A stretch of DNA of 63,974 nt, filler included, from Octopus bimaculoides (Eukaryota), in the NCBI RefSeq assembly GCF_001194135.2. It is 5 parts of 5 records of this genome, joined end to end, with 100 filler letters (N's around TTAATTAATTAA, not from the genome) between each part and the next. Parts side by side here need not be neighbours in the genome. Positions count along the whole stretch, not along the records: positions 26,354 to 38,425 come from NC_068981.1; positions 38,526 to 59,998 come from NC_068983.1; 3 more parts are not named here. The stretch is one strand, 5' to 3'. A program made the position numbers and the translations under genes. Positions within the stretch are counted from its first letter, which is position 1; every line of letters starts with the position of its first letter. Shown piece after piece: positions 37,127 through 49,200 of this stretch. The notes under the pieces were generated by a model, which was not told the DNA's origin, ran no database searches, and worked only from the letters and a program-made list of their open reading frames with translations.

Positions 37127-37396
37127 CATATACATATATTCATAAATATATATATATACATACATATATACATACATATATATATATAATACATATACAT
37201 ACATGCATACATATATATATATATATACTCACACATACACACGCATGTGTATACATATAAATACACTATATTTATACTAAATATTTATACTGCGTACGTT
37301 TATTATTTTTACCTTTGTATATATATAAATGCTATTCATTATGTCACTTTATATGTACAGGTATATATATTATGTGTCAGCGTGTGTTTATCTATA

Positions 37397-37451
<55 letters not shown>

Positions 37452-38072
37452 ATTTCTGTGCATGCAAGTATGTATATAAGTATGGGTGTAATATATGTGT
37501 AAGTCGGTGACGAAAATATGTGTGCGCGGCTTGTAAACGCTTATATATGTAAATATATATGTACAGAAGGATGTGTGTGTGTTTGTTTGTGTGTTTGCGT
37601 GTGTGTGTATGCGTGTGTGCGTGTGTGTATATGTGCGTGTGTATGTACACACATACATACGTATTATTGTGAGAATATATACATATTTCTTTATTGCCCA
37701 CAGGGCGCTATTGTGAATATATATATAGCTGAAAACATGTTTCGTCAGTTTGTATACCTATCTTCCTGATATCTTCTTGCATGTATGCTAATACACAACC
37801 ACGCATGTCCGCAGCTCTGGATATACACACAGTGATATCACACGTTTACCAGCATTCTGGAGCGCTGAACAAAAACTTCAAATGTAATACCGTAAATTCT
37901 ACTCTATCTTATTTCATTTTATTTCATTTCCTTGGAAAAACTAGACTCTGTTTACCTGTATATCAACAAACTTAAGGACAATTCCTTCATTTCATCTAAT
38001 TATTCTTATTATTGTTGCCAATATATATTGTGTGTGTGTGTGTGTGTCTGTTTACATATATATATATATAAG

Positions 38073-38425
38073 GAATATAGTGTATCAGTGTAAGGTTAAG
38101 AGTGATACAGATGTTAGTGTTTATGTGGGTTGTTCTTCGGATAAGATTTGTAGGAGAATTTCTTGTCACTTTAATACGTTTAGAGATAGGAGTAAAATAG
38201 CTAGTACTAGTCTTAGTAAGTTTATTTGGGGGTTAAAAGAACAAAATAAGAACTTTTCGTTAGAATGGTCTGTTATAGGGAGAGATTTCCCATACGATAA
38301 GGGTAGGAGGTATTGCAACTTGTGCAATCTTGAGTTGTTTTTTATTCTATTTTCTAAGCATAAACTAATTAATAAACTAACATATAATGGGTTCAGATGT
38401 GTTCACGTTCGCAAACATACTTATT
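38073..38425 (+). mobile_element. Penelope-like element GIY-YIG endonuclease coding fragment (Neptune/Naiad type), uninterrupted
   Basis: IVYQCKV..VYVG..RRISCHF..TSLSKFIWGLKE..LEWSVI..PY..CNLCNLE..LINK..RCVH. Confidence 0.85.
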
Positions 38426-38525
38426 NNNNNNNNNNNNNNNNNNNNNNNNNNNNNNNNNNNNNNNNNNNNTTAATTAATTAANNNNNNNNNNNNNNNNNNN
38501 NNNNNNNNNNNNNNNNNNNNNNNNN
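38426..38525. other. Artificial assembly join (44N + TTAATTAATTAA + 44N)
   Basis: Direct reading. Confidence 0.97.
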
Positions 38526-38877
38526 GCGGGTGGCACATAAGATGTACCATCTTGAGCGTGACCGTTGCCAGTACCGCCTGACTGGCCTTTGTAGGGTTTT
38601 CGAGCGAGATCGTTGCCAGTGCCCCTGGACTGGCTCTTGTGCGGGTGGCACATAAAAGACACCATTTCGAGCGTGGCCGTTTTCGTGCGGGTGACACATA
38701 AAAGCACCCACTACACTCTCTGAGTGGTTGGCGTTAGGAAGGGCATCCAGCTGTAGAAACTCTGCCAAATTAGATTAGAGCCTGGTGTTGCCATCCGGTT
38801 TCACCAGTCCTCAGTCAAATCGTCCAACCCATGATAGCATGAAAAGCGGACGTTAAACGATGATGATGATGATGATA
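38526..38877 (+). mobile_element. RTE-clade LINE 3' UTR with internal tandem units and (GAT)n tail
   Basis: GGTTGGCGTTAGGAAGGGCATCCAGCTGTAGAAA...GGACGTTAAACGATGATGAT; homologous to the ORF-linked copy at 51293-51680. Confidence 0.75.
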
Positions 38878-40125
38878 TCCTAAAGAATAATTTATAGTAA
38901 TTGAAATGTAATAGTTCCAAACACTTATCATCTGCTTGATTTCTTCTGAATCAGTGAATAAATTTCCAGTTTAAATGCTAGTATTCATCATATAGACCTT
39001 TTAGAAATAAGAAGTAAAATCAGTCCCTTTGGCATTTGAATTTCAACAAAGGCAGGCTTTCATTTCAAAACTCTGTTGTCTGTACCAGTTTTTATGTCTT
39101 TTGTCATGTCCATGACAGTCAGACAAAGGATAAGAATCAGAGATGTTACATTCTCTGTTCTCATAATAGCAATTGTAATTATCAAACTCTGTGTATTCTC
39201 CTATGAGCTAAATGTTACAAAGACAGACTATTAATTACTATTATAGATTTGGCCCTAACTTAAAGACCATGGCATATGATAGTGAAATACTCTCAAATGA
39301 AAGCATGCTCATGAAATTTAATTTCCTCAAGGAAATTAAACTCTGAATTCTCCTATAAACTTTATTGCTGACATACACTGTCACCAGCTTACTCATTACA
39401 GATTTTATATGTTTGGACCAGTTTTTTGTAAAAGTAATTACATTTGATTGAATCAACTTTGATATATATTACACTGCTGAGCACCTAAACAGTTGATTGA
39501 TTTATTAAAAAAAACACAGCCAAATCTCTCTCAGTTTGAATGCTACCATCTTAAAAAAAGGAGACATTCAAGAATGTGGTTCTAAGTTCCTTGCACATCA
39601 GAAAAGATGGGATGGTCATAACTGGAATGCCTTTAATCAAAGGTCTACTGAATCTGAGCTTATCTGGGATTAAACAAGTACATATTTTGTTTCTCCTCTT
39701 CTCATCTTCTTGGTGTCTTAGTCTCCTGTTATAATTCCAGTCATCTCTGATATATTATAAGAATGTGTGTCTTATAGGAATATAAATGAACCCCAGTACT
39801 TAACTGGAGTTTTCTTTTATTGAACCCAAAAGAATGGAAGTTGATCTCAGTGGAATTTGAACATAAAGAACTGTAACTAAATATCACAAGGTATTTTGTC
39901 CAATACTCTACCAATTCTGTCAATCTAAGTTAGAATCAATTTCAGTCATATTTGAACTCAGTGGAGGAAGAGGGATGGAAATAAATACAGAAAGTGATTC
40001 AGCTTGTTTCTTTATATATTCTTCCATCTAGTCATTCATTCAATATCATTCACCCTCTATCCTCTCCAGAAACCCTTCCTCTTTCAATGATCCTGTTTAA
40101 TGCAATTCTGTTAATCTCATTTCAG

Positions 40126-40178
40126 GAAGTCAATAATGTTATAGAAGACTCCAGCCAGCAAGCCTTACAGAATCTACC

Positions 40179-40181
<3 letters not shown>
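40126..40181 (+). CDS. COG7: COG7 exon A ([19 protein letters not shown])
   Basis: ttcag acceptor; phase-2 donor ag|gtctct matches the phase of the next exon. Confidence 0.88.
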
Positions 40182-40252
<71 letters not shown>

Positions 40253-43200
40253 AGAAATTGCAGCCAGGTTTTACTTAAATAACACACTACTGTTAATGTA
40301 TGGTTTTTGAGAGGATTTACTACTATTTCTAGCAAGTCAAGTCAGTCAAATGGTTCTCTGCAGGGAGAGTATCATGCTATGAAAAACAGTTCCTCCAAAA
40401 CTGGGTTAATCACTAAACCGGTGATTGTCTGAGGGAAATGGATTAATCTCTGATGGTGAGGACCACATACACAAAGTAGTGTCTATAATTTGCAGCAAAA
40501 GAAACATTGCAAGAGGCTTAATTCAAAAAGTACTTGTTTCATCCTGTGCCACTATGCATCCACATAAGAAATTCACTGACACATGTACTTATATCTATGG
40601 TGGACTTTGGTCCAATTTCTGTCTCCCAGATTGTTCAATTTGAGGCTATGCTATGAGACAATGGAGTTGAATCTGGGTCAAGAATTACTAGACTCATGAA
40701 AGCCTCTCTGGGCTCCTTGGCATGTTATTGATCTTTGCGAAATGAAAATCTCATTCCTAAGATGCTATTTGTTTCCAGCTCTCTGTGTAAACATGTCTGT
40801 TGTTTGGTGGACTGGGACATTATTAGCTTGTTTGGTAACAGATGGGGGTTGGTGTTAGGTAAGGCATTTGTCCCTACATATCTGATCCATGCAAGAATGG
40901 AAAAGTAAATGTTAAAATGAGGATTATGATGTTAGTCTGTCAGAGAAAACACCTTGTATTTAGTTGGTTGTAAAGGAATCTTGTTTACTATGTAATACAT
41001 TTTTTTACATTTTTTGACCAAGCAAGCCATGTCATAATTAAAGAGATTATTATATTAACTATTCAAAGTTAGCCTAGAAAGTAGTGATTGGATGGATACT
41101 TGCTTGGATATTTACTCAATTTTGATGCCAATTTTCACGCTTAACATAACTAAAACATAGACATGGAGCAATAGTAAACTTTACAGCATTTAGTTTTATC
41201 CTTTTATATTTTGAGTTCAAATCAGCCTTTTTTATCTTTGATTTTTAATTCTTAGAGGTTAGGAAATAGTTTAAGTTATCTGAACTTGTCTTCCATTGCC
41301 ACTGTTAGTTATCCTTAAACTAATACTTTTCTTTTTTACATTCCAATAAGGGTAATGAGAGAAATTGAAGCTGTTCGTCAAGAAGCAGCACTTCTTCAAG
41401 ATCAAATGAGACTAGTGAAACAAGATATTCAAAAGGTAAATACATGTCTCCACTCTCTCTAGCCACTACACATACTTTATTTTCTCTCCTTGTTTCTTTG
41501 TGTTCCTTTCTGTGGAAGAGTGTTGGCTCGAAATGTTAAAAACTTTTTCACTTCCTGAGCGTTAAACTAATACATCTGTTTGTTGTCTACACCACCTGTC
41601 TTTGTTCTTTGTTTTTTTGTGAATTCTCCCTATATATATATAGAAACTCTGCCAAATCAGATTGGAGCCTGGTGCAGCCTTCTGGCTTGCCAGTCCTCAG
41701 TCAAATTATCCAACCCATGCTAGCATGGAAAGCGGACGTTAAATGATGATGATGATGATATACATATGTATATATTTGTGATAAAAGAAGTATTGATACC
41801 AGATATCTCACGGATAACTGAATCGGAACACATAGCAGCTGCTAATGTTTGTCGCATAAACTTACTTTGTGTGACCACCACCTGCCAATCTAGTATTATA
41901 TTGTGGATGTATCCCCACCTGCTGTGGATTATGCTTTGGGAATTCACCACTTGCTAATTTATTATCACATGTACCTTCCCACCTGCTAATCTACCATAAT
42001 GTATTGTGTCACCTCCTCCCACTTGCTAATTATTGTAACCAGACTAACAAACAGTAACATTTGCTAAACAAGTGGTATATTTTCTCAAATACATCACTTG
42101 GTTATAAGTGATATATTTTATAGAATTAGTGTATGAAAGAGAGAAGCCGAAATTTTGTATTGTATAACACTTGTGAAATGTGTTCTTACTTTTCATTTAT
42201 ATTTTAGGTTGAACAGGACACCTCTCAGTCCATGCAGACTCTCTTGAAACTTGATGGCATAAAATCTCGGATGAAAGCGACTTCTGATGCTCTCAAGGTA
42301 AAATGGATTTTACTAAAATCAAAGAAAATCACATTCTGTTTATGTATGGAGATAACTTTGATTTGGAAGTGTTTGAGTGTATGTAAAGTCTCACATCCCA
42401 AATCTGAGTTTCTGCAGCATCATTCTTGCAACATGTGGCTTTGCATTATTGTGGAGCAGAATTGGGCTGTGCCGATTTACCAATGCAGGTCTTGTTTTTT
42501 CGCAAGTGAGCATGCATTTCAGCGAGTTGATTGCAGTAAACCTCTGCTGTAATGCTTTGATTGGCTTCCAGAAAGTTGTAGTGGACAACACCAATTGCAG
42601 ACCACCAGACAGTTTGCTGGTGCAACTTTGGCTTTGGAAAATGTTTGGGTGACTCATCACTTTTTTGGTTTATGTTGGTCAAATCATTCATATTACTGTT
42701 ATATAACAGACTGTGCAATGAATGCAGTTCTACTCAGTTTTATTTTTGCCTAAATCATTACTGTTAAATTTTATTCTACTGCAGGAAGCTGACAATTGGA
42801 CAACTCTTTCTGCAGATGTTGAAGAAGTTTTTCTATCTCAAGACATCCAGGCTGTAAGTTAATCTTTGAGTCTTTTTAAGATATCTGTTAGTCCACAAAT
42901 ACAACTTGAAATATATAGTTGTCTTTCAAAATAATATTTCTAACAAGTATATATACAACTGTATAATTCAATATTTTATTCATTAGATATTTGTTAATGA
43001 TTTATTTATTATTTATGAATGTAATGATTTAATTAGAGAAAGAATTAGGACTTGGAGTAAATAGTGATATTTCAGTGTCATCCAAACAAATAATCAATCT
43101 AAGTGGCATTGAAATACATAGATTTTGAGTAAGAGTAAGGTTATCATATAATTAATCACTGCATTGATGCTTTGTTAGTGTTGTGGGCCATACAAAAAGC

Positions 43201-46200
43201 TTTTTCCAGAAGAAATGTTTGTTTGGATGAACAATGAGACCATAAGGTATGCACATCAGCAGGGTAATGCTACCTTCATCACATCCGTGGAGATAAAGGC
43301 ATATCTCAGAATGCTTATGTGAAAATATCTATTTGTATTCAAGCTACATGGGCAAGTGAAAGTGACATGACTGGTAAAAATCAACACACTCTACTCAGAA
43401 TTGATAAGTCTTTATATCAGTTAGATTGCTATGTGTATAGCTAACACTGAAATATCCCCCTAATTCTTTTCTCCAAGAACAGGCTCTCTTTCTCTAATTA
43501 AATCATTACATTAATATCACTGAATTCTAACTCACCTGCCACAATGCTCAGAATTATACACCAACAATCATTATGTCATATCTGTAAATTTCATACAAAT
43601 TCATGAATATAGTTATATTTTATTGATTTTCATACTGATCTAAATTGCATTTCATCAAGATCTCAAGTTTCTAATAGGGAAAAGAGAAAACCCAGTCAGT
43701 GTGTTGCAGTTTTGATTTTGTGAAAGTATGTTGGAAGTCTTCAAGATTTCACCAAAATGAAATATTGTAGCTCATGTTATTCATTTGTGGTGTGTATTTG
43801 AAAAGTAGAAAATTCCTAGATGTAAGGATTGTTGTCATAAAATCCTTGGTTAGGTTTTATTGAGCATGCTTATGGCCAAAGGTGTTCTAACCATGACCAT
43901 CTTGTCTTTTATATGACAGTAAGATGTGGTTTGAAGGAGATTTGGTTGTTGTTTCTAGAATGATAGACTTGAAAGGTCAGATGTGATAGAATAAATTAGT
44001 GATAATGCAAAACTGAAAATATAATTAAATGGTGATTATTGTCTATTGATTTTAATACTTTAGCATTTAAACCGACCATATCTGGTCTGAATATTCTACT
44101 TGTTCTATGTTCAAACTGACCAAATCCAGCCTTTCACACCTACATTACAATGTCATTCTAAAAATATACCATCACATCATCGAAATCTTGAAGCTACAAG
44201 ATAATGCATGATTAATTCAAAACAATGGAAATAAACATGCATTACATTCGATCAAGTTATCTGAATGTTAAAGGGTTAACTGAAATGGTATTGTTGACAA
44301 CTCTTTCACACAGACTTGGATTTCTGGATTATATTCTAATTATTTAATTACAGATTACAGCCAAACTTGTTGGGATGCAGCAGAGTTTGGTAAGAGGAAT
44401 TTTTGTTTTTTAATGTTATTTAGAATTTTATTTATTAAGAGTTTTTTAAAAGTATATGTTAGAGAAAAACAGTATTTTATTAAAATACACTTATATTTTA
44501 GAGAAAACATAATATGCTTTTTACAAAAACACTATATATTTAATAGAAAAATTTTATATTTTATAGAAAATCATACGTATTTTGTGTCAGTTTGATACTT
44601 TTAATGTATGTGGGCACACATGCATACATATATAAAATCATTTTGTCTGCTTTCCATTCTGACATGGGTTAGACAAATCATTATAGTCCAAGTTCTTATT
44701 TGAACTGCATTGCACTCATGCATTTCATTTTTGGTTTAGTTTCTATTGCTGGATGCCCTTCCTAACACCCACTTTACAAAGTGTACAGGGTACATTTATT
44801 CATAGCACCAACATTAGAGAGATTGCTATGTTTATATACAGGGTGTCCCAAAATTAAGGTAACTGACTTTTTCCAATTTTACCAAAGAAAAATATTGTTA
44901 TATTTTGGGTCCAAGCATTGCAGTTCAATGGTAAAGGAAACACAGTTATGACATTACCACATTTATTCGATATAACCACCTCTGTTTCGAATCATAACCT
45001 TAAGTCTAGAGGTGAATGCATCACATGGGACACAGCTGTTCTTGCCGAATCGAAGCCCATTCCTGATACAGTTTTATCTTCAGAGCACCAAGGGAAGCAT
45101 GAGGAGTGTTCAAGACCCTCATCTCTAAAACAGAAAAATCCAACAGGTTGAGATCAGGACTTCTTGAGGGCCAAACATCCTTACCTATGAACAACGGAAT
45201 GTTTTCCTGAATCCAATGTTGTGTCTGTTTGGGGCTGTGGGATGGTGCCAAGTCCTGTTGGAAGCTCCAAGGTGCACCTCAAAAGTGCTCATTCACCCAT
45301 GGAAGCAGTTCAGTTTCCATCAATGGCAAACTACCTCACCATAGTATCTGTAAAAAAGCTAAGTGAACTGACCTATTGTGAGCTACATGTCTTTGTTTGA
45401 AATCAATGGTCAGTCAGTAATTAACACGCTACCAGTAATAATTAATTATCACCTTGTAAGGTAAGAGGGCATTTGTTCAGTTGTTCCATGCAGTGTGATT
45501 GAAGTTGGAACTACAGAAAGCAGATGTCTTAACCACACAGCCATGCATATGCTGAGATAGCCTAAGATGGGATCCAGGAAACAAACTCTCTCCTAAAAAT
45601 TTATAGTATCATTGTACTTGAGATACTACATCTAGCTAGGTCAATGAACCAACGCACATTAGTATAGAGGTTAGACAAACTATGATAATGATGATGATAT
45701 GATTTACTCAAAAAACTGAATCGTTCTTACTTCATATAACTAAAGAGAACTATTATTGCTATTTCAGCAAATGCTGGTTGATACCCCAGATTACCAACAG
45801 CGTTGTCAGCATCTGGAAAAACTTCAAAATAAGTTGGAGACCCTACTAAGTCCTCAAGTTGTAGCTGCATTTAATGCACAGTCACTAGGTAAATGTTGGA
45901 TTTAGTCTCTTAATAATCTTGATGGCCAGTCTTTTTCTCAACACAAGTGAACCGAGTTTTAAACAAAAAAAAAAAAAATGTAAACGTGTAATGATATTGA
46001 GGACAATGTGTGAAGAGAAGATTGCTAAATTGATTTAGAAATGTTGTTGTTGTTGCTTAGCCTTGAGTCAACACTGACTAAAGATATTTCAGCTGTGATT
46101 ATCCCTGTCTTTTTGTTTTTTTTATTCCAGGGACTATTTTGTCTTATGAATCCTTTTTTATTTAAGATTGTTGTGTGTTAAGGGTGATTTGGCTGCTATT

Positions 46201-49200
46201 TTATGTATGTTTCATTACTTCTGTCGCAGCAAATAATTTTAATTAATTTTTCCAAATCTAATATTAAGATCTCTACATAATTATTACAGTGATTAACTTA
46301 CACTTGAAAACATTACCGCATCAATTGAATTGGCAGAGAAGAGTGGAAGGGAGCTATTTGATGTGATTGATATCATAGCTTTTTTGTGTGGCTGTATAGA
46401 GACTCCCTCTTTGGCTTATGATATATACATGCTGAATGTAAAGGTGTAGTGGTGATAGAATTAGTAAAATAGTTGGTGACATTTGCAGGACGTCCAGACC
46501 TTGGTTCAACTTTGAGACACTCCCCCCACACACACACACACACCTTCCCGTCCTAAATTCAGCTTCCCACTTTTGCACTGTTGATAAAGCTGGAGTGTCA
46601 TCACATAATGTAGTAACAATGTCAGCATGTATGTCCTTGGGGGCCAAAGCCTTTTTCTGCAGGTACTTGATGACAGCATGATGCCAAATTTTGTCTATTT
46701 TCAACAGAAATTGCTATTAGTTACTTTTGAAGTTTTCTTTGAACAGTCAGCTGTCATTTTACCTAGAAAGAAACAATGCAGTTGATAAGAATGATTGAAA
46801 TTAATGTATGCAAAATTTCACACCACTCGTACCAGTCCTTCTTAGTCAGCCTATGAACTTTTCAACCTACTCTCATCTATTTGTCATTGTTTGATATATT
46901 TTTACCTATTTAAATTTCTCTCTTCCTTTAACCATATTTCTTTACATGATTGTCTGAGGAATGTATCTATCTTCCTGTCTACACCTCCTTAGTTTTTCAC
47001 CCTCTTGTACTACACTCCTTAACAATCCTTTGCTCTGCTAAATCAATTGCTTGTCTTCAGTTTCCTCAATCCCAGATTAACAGCTACAGTGGCAAAGTAC
47101 TGTATTTTACAAGCCTCATGGCAATAAACTTTGTCACTTTTCCAATTCATTGATTTTTACTGAAACTGGCCATCATTAATTTTCTTGGACTTGTATTAAC
47201 AAAGCGATATTTTAATAAAAGGATATTTATTTGGAATTTTTTTATAGAGAACCTGTTAAAATGCATTGGTAACTCAGTGAACTGTTTGTTGAAAAACTTG
47301 GTGGCTCACTATAGCATATCACTGTAGAATAATTTTCTTCTTCTTTTGCAGAAGCTACACAGACTTATGCAAAGATATTTGAGGACATCAATCGCTTGAG
47401 TCAGTTGTACAAATATTATCACAAGTGTCAGAAGGTAAATCAGTTTTGGCATCAATTTAAACAACCCTCTCACTTATTCATGCACATGACAGTAATACAT
47501 GTCTTAAAATATCAACATTGATAAGAGCTGTGTTTTACATATAGGTATTAATAAAAAGTTATTTTAAATGTTATGTGGTTAGAGCAAGTAATTTGCTATG
47601 TAAGAGAATAAATGTACTTTTTACAGGAATTAGCAGAAATGAGTTACTACTTTATTCATTAAACCAAGCTTGAACCTTATATGAAACTAACTGAACGAAG
47701 GTTCCTGTTCAGTTAATATAGTCCTAGCAGAGAAACAAAAGATGTATTAGCTGTGTGACTTGAAACAACTGTAATCAAGCTATTATGTCATGGCTGAATG
47801 TGAAATGTATGGCTTGAAACAAACTGCTTTATCATGGCCATTAAATTAGCTGCATAACTTGAGAAAATTATCATATAATAGCTAATCATTGAGCTACATA
47901 ACTTGTGTTTGCTGATGGACATTTGATATAATGTAACTGTTTAATTAGCTGGTCTATTGAGAGAAAGTCCAGTAGCCAATAGCAATAATGACTGGTAAAT
48001 TGAACTGCAATAATTGGTTTGCATAGCAATTGATAAAGCCCAAAAGTGTAGTAAGATCTATTGGTCAAAGTCACCAATGCAGGAGCCTTTGTGGAAGGGC
48101 TCTGTAAAACAATGTACCTTTTCTTTTAAAATAGCATATGCTTTTGGAATAGCCTATTATTTGGGTTAGTTCATTTCTTGATAATTTTCATTTACTGGGT
48201 TGCTCCAATAATAGCACTCCATGATGACAGTGTTTATCTCTTCATGCCACTTCTGCCTATTTTTACAGCTAGCATTAGCTAAATTACAACTGGGTCCATC
48301 CTACTGTGCAGTGGGTGCTTGTCAGGTGAGACTGCTCCACTTTTGGTTCCAAACCCATTTATGCTGTTATTTGGCTCGTTATATTACATCATTTCATTAA
48401 TATGCTATGTGAGGGTTTTACTGTCCATGAGTATTCTTTTCATAGCTTGATCACTAAGAGGGCCACCATAGTTTAATTCCACTAGACCCCAAGCTGATAT
48501 TTCTTGGTCATGAGATTATTATTATTATTGAAGGAAAGAGTAATGCATGCCATCAAAGTGACACTGGGGTACAAATATATGAAGCGCAGTATACCCATCA
48601 TGACTACCCGTCTAATAAGGATACACCAGGCACATGCATCACAAACACTAGTGCATGACATGGTGACCTTGTATCAAGATAAACAGTGCATGATCTCGTA
48701 GGTGGGGCCCAGTTTGAATCTTCTTTGAGTCGAGTAGTTTATCCTGCTCAAAAGGTCCTTGGATGAGGGTTGTTTAAGGATGATGAACAAAACACCCATG
48801 TTTCCCAGAGGTGAATTATTCAAACCCTCAAACATTCCCCTCAACACATGACTATGATGCTTCCCCATTACTCCTGCTTGTGATCAGAGATGCACATATA
48901 GTCAGCCGCTAAGGGATATGCTCAAATGGTTAACGTCAAGTAACTGACAAGCAAATCTGTGGTATTGAGCAAAATATTTGCTGTAGCCCATCTTTTTATA
49001 CCAAGATAAAATATGTTAATGATAACACTTCCAATCAGTTACGATCAGAAGCCATGAGAATCACTGCCTGGTACTGCACTAATTTTATCATTATATTATT
49101 ATTATTATTGATATTGTTATTATTATTATTTTACAACTGACTGCATCTTCATATTCCTATCAACAGGTTCAACTGATTAATCACTGGAAGAGTATTCTGG

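Noticed and set aside
38300-38425. Selenocysteine (in-frame TGA) in the Penelope endonuclease, as reported for some Naiad elements
   Set aside because: All Cys positions are TGT/TGC here and in the 52650 remnant; there is no in-frame TGA
39241-39456. Minus-strand 71-aa ORF, or the missing COG7 first exon
   Set aside because: No recognisable similarity on either strand to MDFSKF...KLQ.FIQ or to any family I know
48500-49080. Probable interspersed repeat in a COG7 intron
   Set aside because: No second copy, TIR or coding motif is visible in this window, so it cannot be classified
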